Below, in pieces: positions 51,557-62,520 of a stretch of 64,000 nucleotides of DNA. Within the stretch, counting starts at the first letter, position 1. Each line of letters begins with the position of its first letter. The position numbers and the translations under genes were made by a program. The notes under the pieces were generated by a model. It saw only the letters and a list, made by a program, of their open reading frames with translations. It was not told where the DNA came from and ran no database searches. This stretch comes from Candidatus Heimdallarchaeota archaeon. GTDB taxonomy: Archaea; Asgardarchaeota; Heimdallarchaeia; Heimdallarchaeales; Heimdallarchaeaceae. The DNA is taken from assembly GCA_018238545.1 (NCBI GenBank), contig JABCTC010000006.1, positions 40,609 through 104,608 of the forward strand, in the 5' to 3' direction.

Positions 51557-52672
51557 TCAGAGGTCTATTTTGTAAATAATTTTCTCGCGGAAACCTGTAA
51601 TTACAGCTGTATATCCTCTTAACAACGAATCCAACTCATTATCTCCTGTATCAATTAAAAATGGTCGGCCATTTAGTGAATTGATTTTATGTTTTGTGGC
51701 TAAAACAATTATACTGTCTTTTCCTACAATCCTAATCACATTAGGGCTTAATTGTTGATTACCTCTGCCAAGTAAGAAACCTTGACCCCCAATAGGCGTG
51801 ATAATTATTTTGGTTTTTTTTTCTTTTATTCGTTCAAGCAGCGTTTTTTCATTTAAATCCATTTCAATGAGCTTTTTTCTATAGATGAGATCCACACCTA
51901 ACAAGGTATATTCAAGATTCAATTTTTCCATAATTGATTTAGTAGTTGTACCAGGTCCAATGATATACAGATGTTCATCGTCCATATTGTCAACAATTTC
52001 TTGAGCAATCGCTTCTTGCGAATATTTTTCAGTTGTTGAACTTCCAGTTTTCAATCCTTGAGTGTGCTTTTTCTCAAATGGAATCTTTAGGTAACCATAT
52101 AGCTTTGCAGATACAAATCCTGCTCTGAACGCTTCCTCATCAATATCCATAACTTCTGCTTTTCTTAGCTCTTTCACCTTTCCTTGGAGATAAAGCACAG
52201 CAAGATCTCCAGCTCTCATTGGATTGTGGGCATATACAGCTGAATGCATTTTGACACCCGTTGGGATACCCAATACAACAATTTCATCCCCAACAGCTTT
52301 GTAAATATCTCTCGCTGTTCCATCTCCTCCAGAAAAGAGTAATAAGTCGATTTTAAGATTGCACAATTCTTTTGATGCTCGTTGAGTATCATCAGCCGTA
52401 GTCTTCCCTTCAGCTATAGATCCAATAACTTTAGGATTGAAACCACATTGTTTAGCAACATTTTCCCCCATCTCTCCAGGATATGTAATTAGTACAATTT
52501 CATCTTTGAGGAAAATTAACCTTTCCAATGCTTTAATGGTGCGTTCTGGTGAAACTTGTTCTGCACCTAAACTTCTTGCTTTAGCTAAGACGGTTTGTCC
52601 GTCAGTTCCTTTAAGCCCTACTCTACCACCCATACCAGCAATAGGGTTTACTATTAAACCTATTTTCTTCAA
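51557..52672 (-). CDS. ATP-NAD/AcoX-kinase family protein
   Basis: [41 protein letters not shown]. Confidence 0.9.
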   Translation of the reverse strand: MKKIGLIVNPIAGMGGRVGLKGTDGQTVLAKARSLGAEQVSPERTIKALERLIFLKDEIVLITYPGEMGENVAKQCGFNPKVIGSIAEGKTTADDTQRASKELCNLKIDLLLFSGGDGTARDIYKAVGDEIVVLGIPTGVKMHSAVYAHNPMRAGDLAVLYLQGKVKELRKAEVMDIDEEAFRAGFVSAKLYGYLKIPFEKKHTQGLKTGSSTTEKYSQEAIAQEIVDNMDDEHLYIIGPGTTTKSIMEKLNLEYTLLGVDLIYRKKLIEMDLNEKTLLERIKEKKTKIIITPIGGQGFLLGRGNQQLSPNVIRIVGKDSIIVLATKHKINSLNGRPFLIDTGDNELDSLLRGYTAVITGFREKIIYKIDL

Positions 52673-52694
52673 ATGAAACCACCTTTGTGCAAAT

Positions 52695-54245
52695 TTATTT
52701 TTGGTTTTTCTTCAAATAAGCTCTCCATGTAATAGCCCATTTTGTAGGATCATCTAATGAATCTGTATCGATTTTGTGTACAACACTTCTATGAGGCGCA
52801 CTCTTAACTAGTTCTGGATTTTCATATGCTTCTTCAACCACTCGCTTTAGTCCAGCAATGTACTCGTCGATTTCAGCTTTTGAATAAGACTCCGTGGGTT
52901 CTAGAGTAAAAGGTTGAGGGACAATAAATGGATGATGACTAGACCACATGTGAAAACCAAAATCAGCCATACGACAAGTAATATCTTCTGTTGTCACCCC
53001 TGTCTCATTGTAAAGCTCTTCCCAACTATAACGAACTTGTTCAATTCGATGCCTCCCCTTTGCATATGGAGCACTAGCACCACGAATCTCTAATATTTTC
53101 TTTAATAGATAATTATTATTAAGCACAGCAATTTGAGAGACTTCCTTTAAACCTACATTACCTAAACTCATAATCCATGAGTAAGCTTTCAAAATTGCGG
53201 GAACAACTCCATAGAAGGATCTAATCTTGCCTATGGTATTGGAAACACTGTAGTTGAAATAATATTTTTCCTCATCAAATTCGACTAAAGGAACAGGGAG
53301 ATATTTTATGAATTTATCAATTACACCAAGTGCGCCAGTAGCGGGACCACCACAACCATGAGGGGAAGAAAAGGTTTTGTGAAGATTAAAGAAGCAAAGA
53401 TCAAAATCAGCTTCTTTTGCTCGTGTAATTCCAAGAATTCCATTGGCATTAGCTTGGTCATAACCACACACACCTCCAGCTTCATGAACAATTCGATTAA
53501 ACTCTTTTATTTTTGGGTTAAAAATCCCCGTATCTTCTGGATTGGTAATTAATAATCCTGCGGTGTGGTTAGAAACAGCTTTTTCTAGAGCTTCAACATC
53601 AGGCAATCCATCTTCATTCGGATAAATATTGATGATTTTATATCCTTTGACAGTAGGTGCTGCTGCATCTGAAGGATGAGAAAACATTGTAGTAATAATT
53701 TCGTCACGTTGTTCTGATACATCATTTGCCTCATGATAAGCAAAAATAATAGATGCCATTGCTAAAATTGCTTGGCCTCCACCGCCTGGTTGGAATGTAA
53801 ACTTATCTAGGCCTGAGATTTCTCTGAGGAATAAATCTAGCTTATAGATTATTTCTAGGATACCTTGAACCGTGTCTTCATCTTGTGCTGGGTGAAGTGC
53901 TATTAATTTATGAGATGAAGCTAATTTTTCATTGATTTTTGGACTATATTTCATAGTACAGGTTCCTTGACCAATATCAACGTTAAAATCTGCTCCCAGA
54001 GTTTGCTGAGATAATCTCAGGTAATGCTTGAGAACCCGCATTTGAGATATCTCTGGCAAATTGGGTGGTTTTTGTCTTATCATGCTCGTAGGTAATTTTG
54101 AAAAACCATCTCCAACAATGTCTTCAATCTCTTGTTCAATCTCAGGAAAGAGGATGCCTCGTTCTCCTTTGTTACTTAACTCGTAAATAACTGGTTCATC
54201 CCATTTAGCTTGATGAAAATTCTTTTTTCTTGTTTGGTTGTTCAT
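52695..54245 (-). CDS. gcvPB: Glycine decarboxylase P-protein subunit 2-like
   Basis: [30 protein letters not shown]; ATG 54245 overlaps the gcvPA stop. Confidence 0.9.
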   Translation of the reverse strand: MNNQTRKKNFHQAKWDEPVIYELSNKGERGILFPEIEQEIEDIVGDGFSKLPTSMIRQKPPNLPEISQMRVLKHYLRLSQQTLGADFNVDIGQGTCTMKYSPKINEKLASSHKLIALHPAQDEDTVQGILEIIYKLDLFLREISGLDKFTFQPGGGGQAILAMASIIFAYHEANDVSEQRDEIITTMFSHPSDAAAPTVKGYKIINIYPNEDGLPDVEALEKAVSNHTAGLLITNPEDTGIFNPKIKEFNRIVHEAGGVCGYDQANANGILGITRAKEADFDLCFFNLHKTFSSPHGCGGPATGALGVIDKFIKYLPVPLVEFDEEKYYFNYSVSNTIGKIRSFYGVVPAILKAYSWIMSLGNVGLKEVSQIAVLNNNYLLKKILEIRGASAPYAKGRHRIEQVRYSWEELYNETGVTTEDITCRMADFGFHMWSSHHPFIVPQPFTLEPTESYSKAEIDEYIAGLKRVVEEAYENPELVKSAPHRSVVHKIDTDSLDDPTKWAITWRAYLKKNQK

Positions 54246-55657
54246 CTTCTTTTCTCTCCTTCGTTTAGACATTCATCCAAAGCTTGGACGAGTCTGTCAA
54301 TATCCTCTTTTTTATGAATTTCAGTTACACAATAAACAGCACAATTTCCTAATTCTGAAAATTCAATTGAAATATCTTTACCACCAAAGATTCTCTTTTT
54401 GAGCAGGGCTTTATTCACTTCTTTAACAGTTTTACCTGTTCCATCTAAATTCACAACAAATTCTTTGAAGTGAGATGATTGACTGAATTGAATTTTAATT
54501 CCTTGAACTTCTGAAAGTTTCTTCATAGCATACTGAGATTTTTGTAAGACTAATTTTCCAAGCTCTTGCATACCTTGGGGACCTGCTAATGCCAAATAAA
54601 CACCTGCGGTGATTCCCCAAAGCGCTGTAGCAGTACCTATGAACTCCTTACCTTCAATTCTATCATGAAAAGATGTCCTGTCATATGTTACGTCACCAAA
54701 CCCATGTTCCCCTTCAACAGCAGTGGTAGTAATACCAAAAAGCCGTGAGGGGTATTCCATAACATAGCGTTCCTCATCTCTAGTAGCTATAAAACCTGCA
54801 AGACCTCCGCCAAATTGCATATGCATACCCAATGACTGAATATCACCACAAACAATATCCGCTCCATAATTACTCGGTGGAACAAGTATGCCTAAGGATA
54901 TCGGGTCTGTTCCAACTAAACTTAATGCACCATGCGAATGTGCAACATCAGAAATTATTTGACCTTGATTTTCAATACATCCTAAGTATGAGGGATTTTC
55001 AAAATAAACACCTGCTGTCTTTGATGAGATTTTAGTTTTTAAATCATCAATATCTAGATTTCCAGTTGTTGTATTGTATTCAACTAGTTTTATAGTAACT
55101 GTAGGTTTACAATAGTTTTGAATAATTGATAATCTGTCTGGTGAAATGGTTTTGGAGATTAGTATCTCAGTTCGCCCAGTTATTCGAGCAGCCATTCTTA
55201 TAGAAGTACTTGCTGCTTGCCCCCAGTCATATGTTGGAACATTTACAACATCCATCTCCAGAAGCTCCCCCATCATACTAGCATATTCGAAAAGTGTCTG
55301 AAACCTTCCATGATCTTCATAGGGTTCCCCAGCATATGCTGTTAGAAATTCCGAACGTTGGTTGATTTCATCGCATATTGCGGGCACATAATGTTGCCAA
55401 CAGTCCCCTCCTAAGAAGCTTAGATTCTCTTGACATGTTTGATTTTTAGATAGAATCTGTTCAACATGTCTACTTAGGTCATATTCTGATGGGAACGGTT
55501 TAGGCAAATTCATTTCATCCTTGAGCCTTAGTTCTTCAGGAATATCCTCGTAAAGTTCTTCAATGGTCTTTACACCAATTACATTCAGCATCTCTGCTTT
55601 TATTTCTGGAACGGAATTTGGAATATACGGGTGAATTAATATCTTCTTTTTATCCAT
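54242..55657 (-). CDS. gcvPA: Glycine decarboxylase P-protein subunit 1-like
   Basis: HPYIPN, QRSEFLTAY, YFENPSYLG, CVTEIH. Confidence 0.9.
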   Translation of the reverse strand: MDKKKILIHPYIPNSVPEIKAEMLNVIGVKTIEELYEDIPEELRLKDEMNLPKPFPSEYDLSRHVEQILSKNQTCQENLSFLGGDCWQHYVPAICDEINQRSEFLTAYAGEPYEDHGRFQTLFEYASMMGELLEMDVVNVPTYDWGQAASTSIRMAARITGRTEILISKTISPDRLSIIQNYCKPTVTIKLVEYNTTTGNLDIDDLKTKISSKTAGVYFENPSYLGCIENQGQIISDVAHSHGALSLVGTDPISLGILVPPSNYGADIVCGDIQSLGMHMQFGGGLAGFIATRDEERYVMEYPSRLFGITTTAVEGEHGFGDVTYDRTSFHDRIEGKEFIGTATALWGITAGVYLALAGPQGMQELGKLVLQKSQYAMKKLSEVQGIKIQFSQSSHFKEFVVNLDGTGKTVKEVNKALLKKRIFGGKDISIEFSELGNCAVYCVTEIHKKEDIDRLVQALDECLNEGEKRR

Positions 55658-55709
55658 GAACTATCTCTCCAACAAAGGGATTTTTGCAATTGTTTCTAAA
55701 AATCATGAT

Positions 55710-56501
55710 TTAGGCTAGACCTCCTCCATCAACAATTATGACTGTTCCTGTTACCCAGCTTGAAAGATCACTAGCAAGAAATAGAACTGCATTAGCTACG
55801 TCTTGAGGATTACCTACACGATTGAGAGGACGATCAGCAGCTTCCTTCATGAATTCATCTTCATCAACGCCCAATTGCTTTGCTTCTCCTCTTAATAGTG
55901 GAGTGTCGACATCTCCAGGGCAAACACAATTAACGCGAATCCCGTGCTTACCATGGTCAATTGCCATTGCGCGTGTCATGTTTACAACACCACCTTTTGC
56001 TGCACAATAAGCTACAGCATTAGAACCGCCCTTAATTCCCCAACCAGAACCATTGTTAATTATGCTCCCACCTTTACCTTTGATCATGATTGGAATTACG
56101 TACCGAGAAAGCAGATAGATTGATTTCATGTTAACATCTACTACTAAATCCCAATCTTCTTCTTCTAACTCTACAATGTTCTTGCGTCGTATCACGCCAG
56201 CATTGTTAAACAAAATATCTACTCTACCAAACTCTTTGTAAATAGATTCAACTGTTTTATTACACTCTGCATCGGAAGTTACGTTGCAAAGGAAAAATTT
56301 AGCCTCTCCTCCTTCTTCTTTTATTTGTTTAGCTGCACCGCTCCCTTCTTTTTCATTAATATCTATTAATGTTACAATGGCACCCATCTCTGCGAGAAGT
56401 TTAGCTGTTGCTAATCCCATACCTGAGGCTGCTCCAGTAACTATTGCTACTTTTTCTTTCAACGAAATAAGATTTACAATTCTATTGTTTTTTGTATTCA
56501 T
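55710..56501 (-). CDS. Short-chain dehydrogenase/reductase (NAD-type)
   Basis: TGAASGMG, NNAG, YCAAK, NCVCPG. Confidence 0.95.
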   Translation of the reverse strand: MNTKNNRIVNLISLKEKVAIVTGAASGMGLATAKLLAEMGAIVTLIDINEKEGSGAAKQIKEEGGEAKFFLCNVTSDAECNKTVESIYKEFGRVDILFNNAGVIRRKNIVELEEEDWDLVVDVNMKSIYLLSRYVIPIMIKGKGGSIINNGSGWGIKGGSNAVAYCAAKGGVVNMTRAMAIDHGKHGIRVNCVCPGDVDTPLLRGEAKQLGVDEDEFMKEAADRPLNRVGNPQDVANAVLFLASDLSSWVTGTVIIVDGGGLA

Positions 56502-56538
56502 AGAGTTTCATCCCGATAATCTTCTTGTTTTGTGAAAT

Positions 56539-57306
56539 TTAATCCTCCAGTGGAGTATACGGACCAGCTGTTTCTCCACCATCAATATTTATTGCTTGAC
56601 CAGTAATGTATGCCGCTTCTGCTGATGCTAAGAAGGCAAATAGGCTGGCAACCTCTTTAGGTTCAGCATGACGATTCAAAGGTATTTTCGAATTAATCAC
56701 TTCCAGCATTTCAGGAGTATATTCAGCTTTTTGCATTGGTGTGAGTACATATCCAGGACAAATGGCATTTACTCTTAACCATGGAGCAAATTCTAGGGCT
56801 AACGATTTCGCTAGAAGGATTACACCTGCTTTTGAACTATTATAATCAGCATAATATGAATGTCCCTCAGTTCCATTAGTGGAACCTGTTAACAGAACAA
56901 CTCCAGAAAGCTGTTTCTTCATTCTTATTATTGCTTCTTTTGCACACAGAAACATTCCATCTAGATTTACTCGAAGAACTTTAGACCATTGTTCATAACT
57001 AATCTTAAGAAAAGGGTTACGAAAACTTATCCCGGCATTAGAAATTAGCACGTCAATCCCACCAAGAATATTGTCGATCTTCCTAAACGCTGCCTCAACA
57101 TCCTCGGGATTACTAACATCAGCATACACCCCACCTTTGATCTCAGGAATGACCGATGAAATATTTTCTAAATCCTTTTTATTCCAATCAATAATAACAA
57201 CCTTAGCTCCTTCATCCACAAAACGTTTAGCTGTAGCTAATCCTATACCACTTGCTCCACCTGTTATTACAACTCTCTTCCCACTAAGATCTTTGTATAT
57301 ACCCAT
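56539..57306 (-). CDS. Short-chain dehydrogenase/reductase
   Basis: TGGASGIG, SNAG, YNSSK, NAICPG. Confidence 0.95.
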   Translation of the reverse strand: MGIYKDLSGKRVVITGGASGIGLATAKRFVDEGAKVVIIDWNKKDLENISSVIPEIKGGVYADVSNPEDVEAAFRKIDNILGGIDVLISNAGISFRNPFLKISYEQWSKVLRVNLDGMFLCAKEAIIRMKKQLSGVVLLTGSTNGTEGHSYYADYNSSKAGVILLAKSLALEFAPWLRVNAICPGYVLTPMQKAEYTPEMLEVINSKIPLNRHAEPKEVASLFAFLASAEAAYITGQAINIDGGETAGPYTPLED

Positions 57307-57576
57307 TATTGTTCACTATACTGTACAAATCTGGTTATCATATTTTATTTTTTCGCAGATAATTGTTACAATAATTCCATCCATGATAAATAGTTAGTAA
57401 TACTATATTCTTGTTCCAACCGGTTCGTTAAGAAACTATATCTCTAATCGCTCCTTGTACTATATCGTATAGAGTATTTCTTTTTCTATATTACATAAAT
57501 AATACGCTATAATTACATGGTAAAAACGACAGAATTCAAAAGATTTTATAAGAAACTCTATTCTCTATTATTTATT

Positions 57577-58593
57577 ATGAAAAAGAAAAACATTATTGCT
57601 ATAATTATGACCGCTATTGGGATAGCACTCATAACAAGTGCATTAGTTATAGTTTATGCATCCTATCCTCCAAGAGGGAATACAATAGATGCAGCAATAA
57701 CTGATTATTTCTATAATAATAGAAGTGATGCTCTCGAACTCATAATGTACATAATAACATATTTGGGAGAAATTTTAGTATACATTGGTATGTTACTCCT
57801 TCTTTATTATCTCTGGGATAAAAAGAGAACTTATAGAACAATGTCACTATTAATATCATCTACAGTTATTAACGTTTCAACTAAAGCAATCTTTGATTTA
57901 CCAAGACCACCTAGCGTTCAGCACTCAGATTATATAAAAGAAATATCTCCTGGATTACCAAGTGGTCACGCACAACTGAGTACAACTTTTTGGGGTATGC
58001 TTGGAATTTTTCTGAAGAAGGTAATGATCGTTTTCTCGATTCTATTACCCTTGTTAATAGGTTTCTCTAGAATATATCTAGGTGTACATTGGTTTACTGA
58101 TGTGATAATGGGATATGGTATAGCCTTAATCATACTGGCATTGTACATCTTCTTTGGTGAATACGTTGAGAATTTTCTCAATGAGAAGTCAACAATAATT
58201 AAAATCTTAGTAACTATTGCAATATGTGCCATTTTTGCTATTCTCGCAATTTTCTTATTTTATAACCGAGTTGAGCATTATGAAGAACAAATTTCTTCTG
58301 CCCTGAAACTCATTGTGATGCTTGCTACACTTTCTATTTCCTATTCAGTTGAAGGTTCACTAATTAATTTCAGTAATGAAATTGATAGATGGTGGAAATA
58401 CCTTGTTAGGATTTTGATTGGAGCTATAACTTTTGGTATCTTCTATTTTGGAGTGTCAATGCTATTTGATCTTGCTATCAACGCTGTAGCTTGGGTAGGT
58501 ATAGAATTAACACTAGACCTAATTAGATATGCAATGCTTGGTCCTGCCCTCATCCTATTTGCTCCTTGGATAATGATGAAGTTAAAAGTCTAA
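57577..58593 (+). CDS. PAP2-family membrane phosphatase
   Basis: KAIFDLPRP, PSGH, SRIYLGVHWFTD; multiple TM segments. Confidence 0.93.
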   Translation: MKKKNIIAIIMTAIGIALITSALVIVYASYPPRGNTIDAAITDYFYNNRSDALELIMYIITYLGEILVYIGMLLLLYYLWDKKRTYRTMSLLISSTVINVSTKAIFDLPRPPSVQHSDYIKEISPGLPSGHAQLSTTFWGMLGIFLKKVMIVFSILLPLLIGFSRIYLGVHWFTDVIMGYGIALIILALYIFFGEYVENFLNEKSTIIKILVTIAICAIFAILAIFLFYNRVEHYEEQISSALKLIVMLATLSISYSVEGSLINFSNEIDRWWKYLVRILIGAITFGIFYFGVSMLFDLAINAVAWVGIELTLDLIRYAMLGPALILFAPWIMMKLKV

Positions 58594-58715
58594 AATAACT
58601 TCATACTTTTTTCTTTTTTTTATTTTTGTGAATGCAAGAAAGCTTATTATTGTCTCTCAACATTAGATTTTTAAAGTAAATCTGACTGGTCAATTTAGTT
58701 GAAAGAGGATTCAAA

Positions 58716-59285
58716 ATGCACGAGGAAATTAAACTCTTCAATAAATGGGACTTCAACGAAGTAGAAGTAAGTGATTTAGGTCTACAAAGATACATCTCTC
58801 TTCACCCCGTATATTTTCCACATTCAGGTGGTAGATATCAGGATCAAAGGTTCAAGAAAGCTGAGATGAGCATCGTTGAAAGATTTACCAACAAATTGAT
58901 GAAGAGAGGTAAAAATGCCGGTAAAAAGCAGAGAGCAATCAATATTGTAAGAATAGCTTTCGATATAATTTACGAGAGAACTGGCGAAAATCCCATACAA
59001 GTTTTAGTAAATGCTATTACCAATGTTGCACCCAGAGAAGAAACAACTCGTTTAACATATGGTGGTGTAGCGCAACATATTGCAGTGGATATTTCCCCTC
59101 TCAGAAGAGTTGATCTTGCACTAAGATATATGTCCAACGCAATTAAGCAAAAAAGTTTCAACAACGTAAAAAGTGTTGATGAAGTCACTGCTGAAGAATT
59201 AATCCTTGCCTCCAAAGGAGACCAAGCAAGTGCAGCAGTTAAAAAGAGACTAGAGATAGAACGAATTGCTCTATCAGCTAGATAA
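58716..59285 (+). CDS. rps7: 30S ribosomal protein S7 (uS7)
   Basis: KLFNKW, NPIQVLV, PREETTR, VDISPLRR, ERIALSAR. Confidence 0.98.
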   Translation: MHEEIKLFNKWDFNEVEVSDLGLQRYISLHPVYFPHSGGRYQDQRFKKAEMSIVERFTNKLMKRGKNAGKKQRAINIVRIAFDIIYERTGENPIQVLVNAITNVAPREETTRLTYGGVAQHIAVDISPLRRVDLALRYMSNAIKQKSFNNVKSVDEVTAEELILASKGDQASAAVKKRLEIERIALSAR

Positions 59286-59502
59286 AGATTAAAAAAAGGT
59301 GGAAACAATGGGTAAGAATCCCAATATTTTCTACTAGAGTGATAATCTTTACAAGCGAAAAGCAATCGTAAATGAGCTTGTTTGGGCTTCTTAAAACTAA
59401 TTTCTTTTAGATGATTTAATTATTATATAATAATTTTTGACAAAAAGTCATATTTACGAGAAAAATGAGCAACACTATATTCTATAATAGATTCATAGTA
59501 AA

Positions 59503-60630
59503 CTATCTTTCAATATACGTACTTTTAACTTTTGTTTGTTTTCCGCCTTTTTTTCTGTTTTTTAAAAACTTGGGGTGGAATGTCTCATTAAAATTTTCAA
59601 TTTCTTTTAACAATTGCATTTGATGTTGAAAGTTTTCATTGTTTACTTGTCCTCTATAACTGTTAATTTCAACCTTTATATCAACGTATTCACAATAATT
59701 CTTACATATATTATGGTATTTTTTATGATGTTGATTTGATTTATTTGTGACTAAAAGTTCTACAAATCTCTGATCTTGATGTAGGTTTGTCAAATAGTAG
59801 TTGATGATTATTTGCTGTGTTACTAATACAGCATTAACAAATAAGATCAATGATTTAGTCAATCTGATACCCGATAAGTTTTCAGAATATTTGATTACGT
59901 TATTTTCCATTCTTCTTGATAAAGGTATTAGATATGGAATGCTATGTCCTGCTTTGTGCATCACATTTTCTTTTTGATTATGAGAAATCTCTTCAATATG
60001 AAGTTCAGGTATCCACATGGCTTTATGAAAATAGTTATTTCGAATTTGTATGGCAAATCGACAAAATTTTGGAATATGTGAAAACAAAGATGACAAAAAC
60101 TCTCTTTCCCAATCATATACTTGATGAACAAATCTCAATTCTTCCTCTGATAAACTAAATTCATCTAAATTGGCGATATTATAGATGTATTCAAACATCA
60201 ATTTTTCTGGACTATTGTTAATGAATGATATTAAATCACTGTAATCCAAACCATTTTCTATTATTTTTGTCTTTTTCTTTATATTTTCTTCTTGTAAACT
60301 GTAGATTAAATTCATCAACATTTCAATTTCTCTGAAAACCTTAGAAATAACATCTATTGATTGATCAGTTTCCAGCAACTTTAACCAGAAATATCTTTTA
60401 TCCAATGAATCTTTGTTTTCTTCTGTTTCATCTTTATTCATTAGTTCAATCAGCTTATCTTGCTCCTGTCTGTACAAGTTAGAAAACTCTAAATAAGCAT
60501 CAAAAATAGGAATTTTTGACTTTTCTATTGCATATTGTACTAATACTAATAGGTCATTCAAGACTTGTTTCTGATTTTTTTGCTGTTTAGAAAAAGATTG
60601 ATATAACGAAGAACTTTTACGAGATCTCAT
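59503..60630 (-). CDS. Hypothetical helical protein with RxxxxH (HEPN-like) motif
   Basis: IRNNYFH at the end of a predicted helix; very AT-rich; defence-island context. Confidence 0.5.
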   Translation of the reverse strand: MRSRKSSSLYQSFSKQQKNQKQVLNDLLVLVQYAIEKSKIPIFDAYLEFSNLYRQEQDKLIELMNKDETEENKDSLDKRYFWLKLLETDQSIDVISKVFREIEMLMNLIYSLQEENIKKKTKIIENGLDYSDLISFINNSPEKLMFEYIYNIANLDEFSLSEEELRFVHQVYDWEREFLSSLFSHIPKFCRFAIQIRNNYFHKAMWIPELHIEEISHNQKENVMHKAGHSIPYLIPLSRRMENNVIKYSENLSGIRLTKSLILFVNAVLVTQQIIINYYLTNLHQDQRFVELLVTNKSNQHHKKYHNICKNYCEYVDIKVEINSYRGQVNNENFQHQMQLLKEIENFNETFHPKFLKNRKKGGKQTKVKSTYIER

Positions 60631-60822
60631 ACTACCCAGTTAATCTTGAGATATTTAATCGTTTCAGAACTTTGGATAAATTGTTCAAACTTTTGAAAAT
60701 ATGAACAGAGAGGTATTTGGTATACTGTTGCCTAAAAAAATATGTAACAATAGAACAAACCAATACTTGAAAAGTTGGAAGAAACCTTTCAAATAGGTAA
60801 CACACAATTAAGCTTAATCAAA

Positions 60823-62193
60823 TTATTCTAGTTCTTTCATTCTATTATTTAATCTGACCTTAAATTTTGCAAGAAGAGACTTTATTGATTTTCCTAATAC
60901 AAAATTTTGCATAGGAAGATTATTTTTTCTATAATATTCATTAATTCCTATTAAAATATCCAGTGCAAATGATTTCTGAAGGGATAATATATCTAAATCC
61001 TCAAATTCGGAGAAATGGCTGTTTTGATTTAGTTCTATTGTACTTCTAATAAAATGATTTAATTCGTTTATTTTTGTGCGCTCTAGAATGTCATAACAAT
61101 AATCTAGTAATGAAATTAATGTATAAAAATCATTTTTATATTTGTATTTAGAAATCTCTGACATTGTTTGAAAATCCATTGGCATTTGCTTATACAATGC
61201 TTTATTTTCATCAATTCCTACAGCCAATAAAGCTGTCATTCTTATAAAACATGCTAAACATGTTCCGCAATGGTAATGTCCAATATCTCGCAAATTGTTT
61301 TTCTTTAGTTTGTCACGCCTATTTGGGTGAGTACATGAATAGGAAAGGTGAATAAGTTTTTTCCTGTCCTTCAAGGTTTTAACTACATCAGCTTTAGTTT
61401 CTTTTGCTAATGAATCAGATAGTTTTATGCCAGTTAAATCAAAAGCAATATTAGCTATTTTTTCCATTAAATAGGGCGATACTGTTCTTGTTGGTTCTAT
61501 TGAAATGTCAAATTTAGGTAAGGTTGCAATAGCACCGTTTTCTGGTATAATTACTTCTTTTGCATTTACTGAATCGGCTATTGCTATTCCATTAAGAGCA
61601 TATGCTACAGCTCTACTATTGATTATGCCTTGCTCTTTTTCTTGTTTACATTTAATTCCAAAATAGTTTATCTCCACCAAATCTAGTCTGATCTTGAACA
61701 TTTTTTCCAGTTCTGATACCAGATTTCTTACATTTCTTGTTACTTTTTTGTTATGATTTGTGTAACATAACAGTATTTTCTCTCTATTTTCGATACTTCT
61801 CACTGTTTGTGTAAGTGAATCTAATCCTCCTGAAAATAATATTACTTTATCATATTTTTGATTATTTTCAATAATCTCTGAATTATATTTTATAGGCATT
61901 ATTTTCAATTTGAATCTATCTGTAAGACCGTTAAAGAAATATATTAACTCTTGAGTTATGCTTTGTATTTTTTGGAAATATTTATCATTGCAAAAGAACA
62001 CTGAAAATTCTTGCTCATTGAAAACAGAACTGTTTACATAGTATAGATAAGCACCATATTTAACAAGATCAATTCCCTTATCTGACAGAATGACTTCTTT
62101 TTTATCTTTACTTTCAACTGAAATAAGTTTTTGTATTTCTTTTCTATTTTTACTCTCAAGTATTTGATATATTTTTATGTGTCCTTGAACCAT
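60823..62193 (-). CDS. qatC: QueC-like PP-loop enzyme of the QatC type
   Basis: LFSGGLDS, IPENG, TRT, TKAD, SYSC...HCGTCLACFIR; N-terminal extension absent from housekeeping QueC; 456 aa. Confidence 0.8.
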   Translation of the reverse strand: MVQGHIKIYQILESKNRKEIQKLISVESKDKKEVILSDKGIDLVKYGAYLYYVNSSVFNEQEFSVFFCNDKYFQKIQSITQELIYFFNGLTDRFKLKIMPIKYNSEIIENNQKYDKVILFSGGLDSLTQTVRSIENREKILLCYTNHNKKVTRNVRNLVSELEKMFKIRLDLVEINYFGIKCKQEKEQGIINSRAVAYALNGIAIADSVNAKEVIIPENGAIATLPKFDISIEPTRTVSPYLMEKIANIAFDLTGIKLSDSLAKETKADVVKTLKDRKKLIHLSYSCTHPNRRDKLKKNNLRDIGHYHCGTCLACFIRMTALLAVGIDENKALYKQMPMDFQTMSEISKYKYKNDFYTLISLLDYCYDILERTKINELNHFIRSTIELNQNSHFSEFEDLDILSLQKSFALDILIGINEYYRKNNLPMQNFVLGKSIKSLLAKFKVRLNNRMKELE

Positions 62194-62211
62194 TCAGCTC
62201 CGCTCCGTTTA

Positions 62212-62520
62212 TTATTTGTGTATTTTTAGTATATCTGCTATTATTCTTCTTATTTTTTGTTCATTTTCATTATTTTCAAAGTCTTCAATGGATTTAATAC
62301 CTTGTTCGTTCAATTTGTTCACTATTTTTGAAGCAATTTTCTTTGCAGTTTCTGCCACTAAATCTTCTATATTTTTACGTATCTTATTGGGATCGCCCTC
62401 TGTTTCTTCAAAGCTATAAAATTCTTCTGTAAAGTTTCTTTTAATTAAATCCAATGTAAGATTCTTTAAATAGTTTTCAACAACAGATTGGATTATTTGA
62501 TTTAAAGTTAATTCTTTCAT
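62212..62520 (-). CDS. Small helical protein, possibly the C-terminal half of a QatB-like protein
   Basis: Own AGGTGA Shine-Dalgarno; ATG immediately follows the upstream TAA in frame; lies directly upstream of qatC. Confidence 0.55.
   Translation of the reverse strand: MKELTLNQIIQSVVENYLKNLTLDLIKRNFTEEFYSFEETEGDPNKIRKNIEDLVAETAKKIASKIVNKLNEQGIKSIEDFENNENEQKIRRIIADILKIHK

Noticed and set aside
58601-58795. 64-aa ORF with poly-Lys tail
   Set aside because: Antisense to rps7; the Lys run derives from a poly-T terminator tract.
60823-62193. Housekeeping queC or a Dpd DNA-modification cluster
   Set aside because: About twice the size of QueC, with no queD/queE/tgt/dpdA nearby; TatD and MGT-protein neighbours fit Qat better.
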